Positions 1-8,406 of a stretch of DNA of 64,000 nucleotides are shown piece by piece (the first letter of the stretch is position 1; every line of letters begins with the position of its first letter). Source of the stretch: an uncultured Candidatus Micrarchaeota archaeon (GTDB lineage: Archaea; Micrarchaeota; Micrarchaeia; Micrarchaeales; Micrarchaeaceae); the NCBI GenBank assembly GCA_963741095.1, contig CAVUGN010000004.1, positions 53,190-117,189 on the forward strand. Direction: 5' to 3'. Below the pieces are notes generated by a model. The model was not told the DNA's origin and did not search any database. It saw nothing but the letters and a program-made list of their open reading frames with translations. The position numbers and the translations under genes are program-made.

Positions 1-139
1 CGTGCTTCCTCGAGCCATCAATCGAGTACTGCTCAGCCATCTTCGCGAAGCTCTCGCCGTTGTTGATCTTCTGCAGCACCTCCTGGGCCACAGACAGCTT
101 CTCCACAAGTATGTGCGCGCACCTTATTTTGTTGGACAT
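1..139 (-). CDS. Parvulin-type peptidyl-prolyl cis-trans isomerase (5' part; runs off window)
   Basis: Not in ORF track. Manual translation from ATG at 139: MSNKIRCAHILVEKLSVAQEVLQKINNGESFAKMAEQYSIDGSRKH; the xAxHILV and GESFxxxAxxYS motifs are typical of PpiC/parvulin. Confidence 0.85.
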   Translation of the reverse strand, partial: MSNKIRCAHILVEKLSVAQEVLQKINNGESFAKMAEQYSIDGSRKH

Positions 140-148
140 AGAATCACA

Positions 149-223
149 TGGTGGGCTCGAGGAGAATCGAACTCCTGGTCTTTACCTTGTGAAGGTAACG
201 TCTTACCACTCGACTACGAGCCC
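149..223 (-). tRNA. tRNA-Val (anticodon CAC) with encoded CCA end
   Basis: Reverse complement folds as a cloverleaf: acceptor GGGCTCG/CGAGCCC, anticodon arm TTACC-TTCACAA-GGTAA, T arm AGGAG-TTCGATT-CTCCT, 3' ACCA. Confidence 0.95.
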
Positions 224-273
224 CTACAATGAAATGTTTATTAAAGATTAATAATGTTATTTAATGGGTTCTT

Positions 274-819
274 ATGGCGTACTACACTGGCGCGGGCGAC
301 TGCGGCTGCACCGGCACTCTGGGAAAAGCCAGGCTGGGAAAGAACGACAGGCTCATAGTCGCGATAGGAGACATCGACGAACTGAACAGCGCCATAGGCA
401 TCGCCATAACCTCGCTCACTGAAAAGCACGTGTCGAACATGCTCATGCACGTGCAGAACAATCTTTTCATTGTAGGGGCGGAGCTTGCCGCTTCGCTCAA
501 TGGCACGGATTCTGCGCTCAAGGAACGCATAAACAAGCAGAAGGTAAAGGGGCTCGAGAAAGCGATAGACGAACTCGGCGCCACCTTCCCGGAACCGAAG
601 AAGTTCGTGCTTCCAGGCGGATCTGACGGCGCGGCTCATCTTCATCTCGCAAGAGCGGTGTGTCGAAGGGCGGAGCGCTCGGTGATCGGCGCAAAATCCG
701 AGGCGAAGATAAACGACGAGCTTTTGAAATACCTCAACAGATTGTCGTCGTTCCTTTTCGTTGCTGCTTTGCACGCGAACAGCAAAGAAGGTGTAGAAGA
801 AAGACATCCAGTGTACTGA
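274..819 (+). CDS. pduO: ATP:cob(I)alamin adenosyltransferase, PduO/MMAB type
   Basis: YTGxGDxGxT N-terminus, GDIDELNSAIG, FVLPGG, LHLARAVCRRAER and YLNRLSS motifs. Confidence 0.92.
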   Translation: MAYYTGAGDCGCTGTLGKARLGKNDRLIVAIGDIDELNSAIGIAITSLTEKHVSNMLMHVQNNLFIVGAELAASLNGTDSALKERINKQKVKGLEKAIDELGATFPEPKKFVLPGGSDGAAHLHLARAVCRRAERSVIGAKSEAKINDELLKYLNRLSSFLFVAALHANSKEGVEERHPVY

Positions 820-1290
820 TCAAAGGTTGAAGTACTCCCTGAATTTCTGCGTTGTCTCAATTTTTTTCGTCCTGCCGACCCTTGTCGCCTTGACGAAATC
901 TTTTTCTGTGAGCTCCTTCACGTGATCGTATATTGAGCTGCCGAAGGCCTTCACCAGCGCGCTCTGCATAACCGGCTCGTTCTTTCCAACATAAGCCAAT
1001 ATCCTGAGCGAGCTCTTCGATATGTCCGGGGCTCCGGCAAGGGTGTTGACCTTGCCTATGTAATCATTCTTGACGCCTAGCAGGTACTTGTCCCCTATCC
1101 TCGATACCACGAGCGCGCAGTTCCTTGCCTCGTAGTCGCTAACCAGCTCGTTCATGACCGTTTTGACATAACCCACTCCCGCAAGGCCCATGATGCCGCC
1201 GAGCTCCTCGGCGCTCATCGCCCTGCCTGAGGTGAAGAGCGCGGCTTCCGCTATCCTTTTGTACTCCTCGCTCCTCTTCTCATCTGCCAC
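820..1290 (-). CDS. scpB: Segregation and condensation protein B
   Basis: IAEAALF, LRILAYV..NEPV.QS and TTQKFREYF motifs; overlaps scpA. GTG start at 1290 chosen (track start 1305). Confidence 0.85.
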   Translation of the reverse strand: MADEKRSEEYKRIAEAALFTSGRAMSAEELGGIMGLAGVGYVKTVMNELVSDYEARNCALVVSRIGDKYLLGVKNDYIGKVNTLAGAPDISKSSLRILAYVGKNEPVMQSALVKAFGSSIYDHVKELTEKDFVKATRVGRTKKIETTQKFREYFNL

Positions 1291-2032
1291 TACCCTCACT
1301 CTCAAGCTTTATGAATATCTCGTTGAAGAACTCCTCCTGCATAAGCATGACCTTCTTCATGTGCGCAAGGAACAGCAGCGGCACGAAAAGGTCGAGCAGC
1401 ATGCTCTCCATGTTGCCGAAGCCGCTTGAGACTCGCGCGAAGGTGGTCACCCCCTCGCGATCCGCGCTCTTCTTCACCAGTCCAAAAGCGGCGTCAATCT
1501 TCTCGTCTATGTCATCCTTGCTAAGTACCAGCCTGTCCATGAGTGGCACGAATCTTTCATGCTCTATCGTCTCGCGCTTGCTGCTTGTCTTTATCGCATC
1601 GTCAAGCGCAGCCATAAGCTCGTTGAGCGATATCTTCCTGCCCGGCTGCATCCTCATCCTTGGCAGCAGCTCAGGCACCTCCGGAGTTATTCTGCCCTGA
1701 ACCATCTCCGGTACTTCCTCAACAACAGGTTCGGCGAAAATGCCCATGTTCTCGCTCTTCATTCTAAGCAGTATGGAAGCGGCAAGCATTATGTTCGAAG
1801 GAACGTGCAGGTCCATGACCCGCATCTCCTTGACTATCGCCATGTAGCTGTCAACGACCTTCGAGAGGTCTATGTCCCAGGGATCCAGCCTGTTGGTCTC
1901 GACAAGCTCTATGAGCAGTTCGCGCCAAGTGGCGTTGCTGACAAGGGACTCCAGGTCTATGCCCTTCTCGGTTCCCTGCCTGTAGGTGCTGATGCTGGCT
2001 TCTACTAGTGATGCCATTGGCACACTTTCCAT
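1280..2032 (-). CDS. scpA: Segregation and condensation protein A (kleisin)
   Basis: LDPWDIDL, AASILLRMKS and FVPLLFL...QEEFF kleisin motifs. Confidence 0.9.
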   Translation of the reverse strand: MESVPMASLVEASISTYRQGTEKGIDLESLVSNATWRELLIELVETNRLDPWDIDLSKVVDSYMAIVKEMRVMDLHVPSNIMLAASILLRMKSENMGIFAEPVVEEVPEMVQGRITPEVPELLPRMRMQPGRKISLNELMAALDDAIKTSSKRETIEHERFVPLMDRLVLSKDDIDEKIDAAFGLVKKSADREGVTTFARVSSGFGNMESMLLDLFVPLLFLAHMKKVMLMQEEFFNEIFIKLESEGSGR

Positions 2033-2074
2033 GAAGATGGTCGTTAAACAGTGTAAGGCAAAATATTTATTCCT

Positions 2075-2977
2075 TCAGTACATCTTCTCGAGTATCGCTA
2101 TCCTTTCATCGATCGGCGGGTGAGTCGAGAAAAGCCCCATCACGCTCTGCTTTGTGAACGGGTTCGCGAAATACATCGACGCGGTGACCTCGTTCGCGTG
2201 CCTCACGCTCTGCGCGTTAGGGTTCGCAGAATAGGCCTTCAGCTTCCTTAGCGCGCTCGCAAGCGCTCCAGGATCCCTTGTAATCCTTGCGCCGTTCGCG
2301 TCGGCCATGTACTCTCTCTTCCTTGATATCGCGAGCCTTATCAGCAGCGCGAAGAACGGGGCCAGCAGCCCAACCACAAACGCAAGCAGCAGTATTATTG
2401 CGGATCCCTCGTTCTTTCTGCCTCCCCCAAGATTGCCGCCGAAAAGGAGCATGTTGCGCATCAGAACGGCCACAAGACCGATAACTCCGGCAAACGCAAT
2501 CGCTATAGTCATGACCTGCACGTCGTTGTCCGCGACGTGCGATATCTCGTGGGCTATCACGCCCTGCAGCTCCTGCTTGTTCATCATTTGCAACAGGCCG
2601 CTTGTGACTGCCACGCACGGCGCGCTGTGCTTGCCCGTCGCAAAAGCGTTCGGATTAGGATCGTCTATTATGTAGATCTTCGGCATCTTTATCTGCGTCG
2701 CGAGCGCCAGCCCCTCCACGACAGAATAGAGCGTGGGGTACTGCTTCTGATCCGCTTCCTTTGCCCTTGACACTGCCAAAACGACCTTGCTGCCGAACTG
2801 GTAAGTCAACAACGCGTATATCGCCACGAGCACCAGCCCGAAGGCGAAGGCAAAAAGGCCGCCGCCGAACAGGACGACGACCGCGTATATGACTAAAGCG
2901 AACAGCATGCCGAACAGTAGCATCAGAATCAGGGACTTTACCTGGTTCTTGGCTATCTCGTCAAAGAAGCTTGCCAT
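2075..2977 (-). CDS. htpX: M48 zinc metalloprotease HtpX
   Basis: PNAFATG, HEISH, REYMAD and FSTHPPIDERI motifs; TM helices; follows lemA. Confidence 0.93.
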   Translation of the reverse strand: MASFFDEIAKNQVKSLILMLLFGMLFALVIYAVVVLFGGGLFAFAFGLVLVAIYALLTYQFGSKVVLAVSRAKEADQKQYPTLYSVVEGLALATQIKMPKIYIIDDPNPNAFATGKHSAPCVAVTSGLLQMMNKQELQGVIAHEISHVADNDVQVMTIAIAFAGVIGLVAVLMRNMLLFGGNLGGGRKNEGSAIILLLAFVVGLLAPFFALLIRLAISRKREYMADANGARITRDPGALASALRKLKAYSANPNAQSVRHANEVTASMYFANPFTKQSVMGLFSTHPPIDERIAILEKMY

Positions 2978-2983
2978 TGCAGT

Positions 2984-3613
2984 TCACTTCTTGCTGGCCT
3001 TTGGCGCGGCCTTCTTCGGCGCACTTGGTGCGCTGCCGGTGGCATCGTCGCTGGTCAGGTCGACTTTCACCGGTTCAGCCGCCTCTTCCGGAGCCTTGAA
3101 GAAGTCCGTAGCCTTGAAGCCGAACATGTTTGCGAAGATGTTGCCTGGGAACTGCTGTATGGCATTGTTGTAATCCAAGACGTAATCGTTGTACGAGGTC
3201 CTGACGAACGATATCTTGTCCTCAGTGTTCGACAGCTCGTCCTCCAGATTCTTGTAAGTATCAGATGCCTTCAGGTCCGGATAGTTCTCCGCTACCGCGA
3301 AGATGCTCTTCAGTGCTGCGCTGAGCTGGTTGTTCGCAGCAGCCTTGTCCTGCACCGATCCTGTCACTATCGAGCTCCTAAGCTGTGTTATCTGCGTTAG
3401 AGTGCTCTTCTCGTACTTCATGTAGCCCTTGACCGTCTCGACCAGGTTGGGTATCAGGTCGTATCTCCTCTTCAATTGAACGTCGATTTGCGCCAGCGCG
3501 TCCTGGACCCTGTTCCTCTTCGATATCAGCCCGTTGTACGTCCCGTAGACGATTATTCCGAGCACTATGATGATCGCTCCAATCCAAAGCCCTATGCTAT
3601 CAAGTACGGACAT
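2984..3613 (-). CDS. lemA: LemA family protein
   Basis: N-terminal TM, QIDVQLKRRYDLIPNLV, AENYPDLKA, FPGNIFA. Confidence 0.93.
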   Translation of the reverse strand: MSVLDSIGLWIGAIIIVLGIIVYGTYNGLISKRNRVQDALAQIDVQLKRRYDLIPNLVETVKGYMKYEKSTLTQITQLRSSIVTGSVQDKAAANNQLSAALKSIFAVAENYPDLKASDTYKNLEDELSNTEDKISFVRTSYNDYVLDYNNAIQQFPGNIFANMFGFKATDFFKAPEEAAEPVKVDLTSDDATGSAPSAPKKAAPKASKK

Positions 3614-3670
3614 GTTATCGCTTACAATTTAGGCAATATAAGTATAAATTGGTAACTATACTCATCGCTT

Positions 3671-4720
3671 TTATTTCCCACCAATTTTCTCAATTCCGAA
3701 GTCGATCACAACCTCAACGTCCTTGGCCGAGTATGGTCTCACAATCCTATGACCAAGCATTCTGGTTCTGTATCCTTTGGCTTTTGCATGGTCCTTGATC
3801 ATGCCCCACGAATCCGCAAGAACGCTATCCGTCTTGCCGAAGACGTACAAGTGTATCACAGACTTTCTCTTCGCCATTGCGATAACCGGATCGAGAAACT
3901 TCAGGCTTACGGTGGGCATTGGCACGATTATCCGGTCAGCATAACTGGCGTACTCTCCGAAAACTTTCCTGACGTCCCCCAATTTCGCCTTGGCGTTCTG
4001 CGTCTTGTTGGATTTTATGTTGTACTTCATCGCGTCGTACGCGTGCCTGTTCGGCTCGATTCCGACAACGCTTGCACCAGGATGCTTTTTCGCAATCTCT
4101 ATCACGAACGGGCCCACGCCTGCACCCACCACTATCACATGTTCCCTATCGTGCACCAGAGAAGCCATCCTGGACCGCTCGAAAGAAAGTTTGCTTGAGA
4201 AGAAGACCTTACGGACATCGAATCTGAACACGCAACCGTTCTCTTTGTAATCTGCAATGTAACTACTCGCGCCTGCGATGTGCCTAAACCGCCTCTTCCT
4301 GTAGATCCCGTAGACTCCTCCGACCTTTGCCAGGACCGTCCTGACTCTCGGGTTCGCCGCGATGAGCGCCTTCGCAATAACCTTTTCCTTCTTCTTCAAT
4401 TCGTCCGACATCTCAATAATGGCTATGTTCCCCAGAAGCTCGTACCCTCTTGAAAGCTGTTCCTTCTCCTTGCGGCCCAGAATCCTATCCAGCGCCTCTT
4501 GGTAATCAACCCTGGCAGATATTTTCGCGCCCCTCATCTCGACCAGCTCTATTCCGGACCTAGAGATAAGCTTTTTAGCTTTTGCATCAGTATCTATAAC
4601 TGGAAAATAGACATAGCTGCGGCTATGCACGGTCTCCCTCGACCTGTCGAAAACACCAAGGCCTGACAGAAGCCTTCTTGCATCCTCGGCATGCCTCTCT
4701 GAGATCTTCGCATACCTCAT
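3671..4720 (-). CDS. tRNA G37 methyltransferase Trm5/Met10-like (Trm5/TYW2 family)
   Basis: GNIAII, YKENGCVFRFDVRKVFFS..L..ER, AGVGPF SAM-binding motif, ADRIIVPMP. Confidence 0.8.
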   Translation of the reverse strand: MRYAKISERHAEDARRLLSGLGVFDRSRETVHSRSYVYFPVIDTDAKAKKLISRSGIELVEMRGAKISARVDYQEALDRILGRKEKEQLSRGYELLGNIAIIEMSDELKKKEKVIAKALIAANPRVRTVLAKVGGVYGIYRKRRFRHIAGASSYIADYKENGCVFRFDVRKVFFSSKLSFERSRMASLVHDREHVIVVGAGVGPFVIEIAKKHPGASVVGIEPNRHAYDAMKYNIKSNKTQNAKAKLGDVRKVFGEYASYADRIIVPMPTVSLKFLDPVIAMAKRKSVIHLYVFGKTDSVLADSWGMIKDHAKAKGYRTRMLGHRIVRPYSAKDVEVVIDFGIEKIGGK

Positions 4721-4780
4721 AAATTCATCTTGAGCAAGGAAAGATTTAATACTTTCAAGAACTCATGTTTAAGTGATATT

Positions 4781-5227
4781 GTGTATTTCGTCGTAAAAGT
4801 GACTGCCGGCCAGGAGCGCATCGCAGCGAACATGCTGCAGAACAAGATAACGCCTCAGGAATCCCCGATATATTCAATTCTTGTCGTGGAGGGCTTCCGC
4901 GGCTACATAATAGTCGAGGCGGAGAGCGAGCTCTCGATAAGGCAGTTCATAACCAAGGGAAGGAACATACGCGGCGTGCTGCCGAAGCCGCTCAGCGAGG
5001 AGGAGCTGGGCAAGCTGATAGCGGTCAGGGGCAAGGCCGCCGGAATAGAGAAGGGTGACATAGTCGAGTTCACCAGCGGGCCCTTCAAGGGCTACAAGGC
5101 CAAGGCGCTGAAGGTGGACGAGATGAAGGATGAGGTCACTGTCGAACTTATGGACGTTGTAGTGCCGATACCGATAACGACGAAGATGAACACGGCGAAG
5201 GTAATACAAAGAGCAAACAAGATGTAG
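4781..5227 (+). CDS. spt5: Transcription elongation factor Spt5 (NusG)
   Basis: VKVTAGQE, GYIIVEAE, KOW motif GDIVEFTSGPFKG. GTG start at 4781 chosen. Confidence 0.92.
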   Translation: MYFVVKVTAGQERIAANMLQNKITPQESPIYSILVVEGFRGYIIVEAESELSIRQFITKGRNIRGVLPKPLSEEELGKLIAVRGKAAGIEKGDIVEFTSGPFKGYKAKALKVDEMKDEVTVELMDVVVPIPITTKMNTAKVIQRANKM

Positions 5228-5234
5228 TGATTGT

Positions 5235-5702
5235 ATGAGCGAAACGATAATATCCGGGCTAGTTGAAGGGGGCAAGGCAACCGGCGGTCCGCCGTTCGGC
5301 CCCGCACTGGGTCCTTTGGGCGTCAACATCAACGGGATAGTCGCCGAGATAAACGAGAAGACCAAGCCATTCGCTGGCATAAAGGTGCCGGTGAAGGTCA
5401 TTGTCGACACGACCACGAAGACCTTCAAGATAGAGGTCGGAGCGCCACCAACGAGCGCGATGATAATGAAGGAACTTGGCATATCCACTGGCGCGAAGGT
5501 GAAGGACGAGATTGTAGGCAACCTGACACTAGACCAGTTGAAGAACGTAGTCAAGTCAAAGGAGGCAAAGCTCTACGGGAAGAGCACCGCCGAGCGCGCG
5601 AAGCAGGTCCTCGGGACATGCAAGAGCATGGGCGTCAAGTGCGAGAACGAGGACCCCCGGGAGATAATAAAGAAGATAAACAGCGGGGAAATCAAGCTGT
5701 GA
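5235..5702 (+). CDS. rpl11: 50S ribosomal protein uL11
   Basis: GGKATGGPPFGPALGPLG, VPVKV and GTCKSMGV motifs. Confidence 0.96.
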   Translation: MSETIISGLVEGGKATGGPPFGPALGPLGVNINGIVAEINEKTKPFAGIKVPVKVIVDTTTKTFKIEVGAPPTSAMIMKELGISTGAKVKDEIVGNLTLDQLKNVVKSKEAKLYGKSTAERAKQVLGTCKSMGVKCENEDPREIIKKINSGEIKL

Positions 5703-5706
5703 GCCC

Positions 5707-6372
5707 ATGGAGGGCGCGAACCCGTCCCTGATCTACAAAAAGCTTAGGTCGAGGTTCGGCTTCCTGGACTGGTGGCCCGGCGACACGAAGTTCGAGATAT
5801 TCGTCGGGGCCATACTCACACAGCAGACCTCCTGGAAGAACGTGGAAAAGGCCATAGATAACCTGAAGAGCGCAGGCTGCCTCGATTTCGACAAGATATC
5901 AACGATGAGAGTGGCAACTCTCGAATCCTTGATAAAGCCGAGCGGTTTCTACAGGCAGAAGGCAAGAAGGCTCATCGGAATATGCCGATCCATAAAAAGG
6001 GATTACGGCTCATTGAAAAGGCTATTCAGCTTGGAAGAGAGCGAGCTCAGGAAAGTACTTTTATCCTACAACGGCATAGGCAACGAGACCGCGGATTCGA
6101 TAATCCTATACGCCGCAGAGAAGCCGATCTTCGTGATAGACGCATACACGAAGAGGGCGATGCACAGGATAGACCCCAGAATAAAGGAAGAGATAAGTTA
6201 CGACCAGCTGCAGAGCTATTTCGAAAGCAGGCTGGAAAAGAACCTGGAGCTGTACGGCGACATGCACGCGCAGTTCGTCGAGCTGGGGAAGCGTTATTGC
6301 AGGACGAAGCCCGCCTGCGCAGAATGCCCGCTGAACGATTTGTGCGAGCACGGCATCCGTGCGGTGGCATAA
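5707..6372 (+). CDS. Endonuclease III-like HhH-GPD DNA glycosylase with 4Fe-4S cluster
   Basis: WWP..FEI.VGAILTQQTSW, HhH GIGNETAD, VIDAY, CX5CX2CX5C cluster motif. Confidence 0.88.
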   Translation: MEGANPSLIYKKLRSRFGFLDWWPGDTKFEIFVGAILTQQTSWKNVEKAIDNLKSAGCLDFDKISTMRVATLESLIKPSGFYRQKARRLIGICRSIKRDYGSLKRLFSLEESELRKVLLSYNGIGNETADSIILYAAEKPIFVIDAYTKRAMHRIDPRIKEEISYDQLQSYFESRLEKNLELYGDMHAQFVELGKRYCRTKPACAECPLNDLCEHGIRAVA

Positions 6373-6438
6373 GGACGTCAAACGTCCAACCACTATAAAA
6401 AGGGCTAAATATCTGATAAGGCGCTATAATCACTGTAA

Positions 6439-7806
6439 ATGGTTGATGCTATGGCAAGCAAAACAACGGTTATAGACGGCGCTGCTCCAGTGTCCACTTC
6501 AATGCCAATTAACATATCCGATGCAAGAAAAACCTCTGGCGACGAACAGAAAAACGCAACTGCCACGGTGAAGAGGCTTGTGGACGAGGTGCTAAGGATA
6601 CAGGGCGCATTCAAGGGCTACGACCTCTCGACCATAACGAACGAGAAGCTCAAGGCAATATTAGAACTAGACGTGAAGAAGGCGGTAAAAGATTGGCTGG
6701 AGGAGGGGGACACGAACGTTCTAAACGGGAAGACGACCCCGTTAACTCACGAAAAGCAGAGCGTAACCAAAATGAAGGAGACATGGGACGAACAATGGAA
6801 TGCAAAGTATGCCACGCTGGATCCCACACTATCCACTGTCATCAAGGAAGTGAAGGTCGACAGTCCAACCGAGTTACACAACGAGCTTTATGCGTTGATG
6901 AAATCGAGCAAAAAAGAGGCAGACTTCCTCATGACGGGCAGGAATCCGTCCATGCTATCCGAGATATGGTCCACACCGTTCACGGATCTACGCTATGATT
7001 CTTACGAAATGCGGCAATACCTAAGCAAGGTAAGCCACTCCGGCTCTCCATCGCAATTCACCCGCGCTGTCTACAAAACCGGACAGCTGCTGTCGGCAAA
7101 GAGCCTTGACGAGCAGATGAGAAAAATCCTGGAAACGCTGCCTGACGTTAACAGGCTACATGATGGCGTGGTCCGCTTGGAAGAGTCAATAGTCCAGCTC
7201 AGGCTGCCGGACGTGGCATTCGACAAGAGGGCACCGGACGACAAGCGGGTCCTGACCCCTGCTGAAATGCGGGAGTTCATCAAGGGTGAAATGGATGCAG
7301 GCATGGACAACATAGGCGTCATACGGAAGTACGGCGTACTGTTCGGGGAAGAGAAGGGAGCCACGGCGGCCGGCACCGCAAAGTCCGGAAGCGCAAACGG
7401 GACTTACAATTCCAGCATCCAGGCCTGGGGAATGGCTATGGGCGCATGGTGGACGTCTGCACAGACTCGTCTGGCAACGCCAACCAAAGAAGAAATGGAC
7501 GCCATCAACCAGAGACTCAATATTCTAGCCGCGGCGAACAAAGAGGGAAAAGAGAAAGCCGCCATAGAACTGTGGGGCGAGCTGAACAAATTCTGGCTCA
7601 TGCACACCAAAACGATAGCCGAAGCAGACCGGGCGCGTGTGGTGGCTGAGACCGCGCCCGTCAAAACAATGGAGGACGTGGAAAAAATGTGGCGGCGCAG
7701 CATGGACATCTACGAATCGTTCATGAAGAATCAGCAGGCGAACCCACCGCCAAAATCAAAAAGAGACGATGAGAACGGTTACCAGGAGCCGCCACCTAAA
7801 CCTTAA
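6439..7806 (+). CDS. Hypothetical alpha-helical protein (455 aa)
   Basis: Long uninterrupted ORF with upstream TATA-like element; no family recognised. Confidence 0.75.
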   Translation: MVDAMASKTTVIDGAAPVSTSMPINISDARKTSGDEQKNATATVKRLVDEVLRIQGAFKGYDLSTITNEKLKAILELDVKKAVKDWLEEGDTNVLNGKTTPLTHEKQSVTKMKETWDEQWNAKYATLDPTLSTVIKEVKVDSPTELHNELYALMKSSKKEADFLMTGRNPSMLSEIWSTPFTDLRYDSYEMRQYLSKVSHSGSPSQFTRAVYKTGQLLSAKSLDEQMRKILETLPDVNRLHDGVVRLEESIVQLRLPDVAFDKRAPDDKRVLTPAEMREFIKGEMDAGMDNIGVIRKYGVLFGEEKGATAAGTAKSGSANGTYNSSIQAWGMAMGAWWTSAQTRLATPTKEEMDAINQRLNILAAANKEGKEKAAIELWGELNKFWLMHTKTIAEADRARVVAETAPVKTMEDVEKMWRRSMDIYESFMKNQQANPPPKSKRDDENGYQEPPPKP

Positions 7807-7876
7807 ACAACCTGACGGCTCTTCAGTAATCGGACTGTTCTACTTCGCCGGCAGCGCGTTCTGAAGAATTGCTAGT

Positions 7877-8284
7877 TCATTTCCTAAGTACGGCCTTTAT
7901 CTCGCTTGTGAGCCTGTGGATTTTTTCCACTTCCTCCTTCTCCTGCGCGGTTTCCTCGCCGCCGTGGTTGGCTATGTTGTCTTCTATGGCCTCAAGCATC
8001 TCCAACCATTCCTCCGCTTCTTCTTTCATCAGCTCCACTACCGCCCTGTCCGTGGAGAAAAGATCGAGGAGCTTCAGCAGCTTCTGCTTGTCGGTTATCT
8101 CCTCGCTGCCCTGAAGCCTTTCCTTTATGTGCTCCCTGAGCGTCTTTATATCCTCAAGTGTCAGGTCCTTGTTCTCGGCTATCAGGCTGTCCAGGCTCTT
8201 CACGAAATTGAGCATCGCCTCGTGCAGGCTGCCGAAAAGGTTGCTCAGCGTGACATTCTTTATGCCGTCCATCAGCCCTGCCAT
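7877..8284 (-). CDS. Hypothetical acidic coiled-coil protein
   Basis: 135-aa ORF with genome-typical codon usage; upstream TATA-like element (~8320). Confidence 0.7.
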   Translation of the reverse strand: MAGLMDGIKNVTLSNLFGSLHEAMLNFVKSLDSLIAENKDLTLEDIKTLREHIKERLQGSEEITDKQKLLKLLDLFSTDRAVVELMKEEAEEWLEMLEAIEDNIANHGGEETAQEKEEVEKIHRLTSEIKAVLRK

Positions 8285-8350
8285 TGCATCATCTACATCT
8301 ACGCTTCGTTTAAAAAGTATTTATAACCCAATCATTTTATTGCACACGCG

Positions 8351-8364
8351 GTATTGCGCAATAC
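8351..8364. promoter_or_regulatory. 14-bp perfect palindrome next to TATA box of the DHS-like gene
   Basis: GTATTGCGCAATAC directly followed by TTATTTAAG; GGAGGTGA RBS before ATG 8407. Confidence 0.4.
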
Positions 8365-8406
8365 TTATTTAAGATTTCGTTGCAATCATAATACGGAGGT
8401 GATAGC

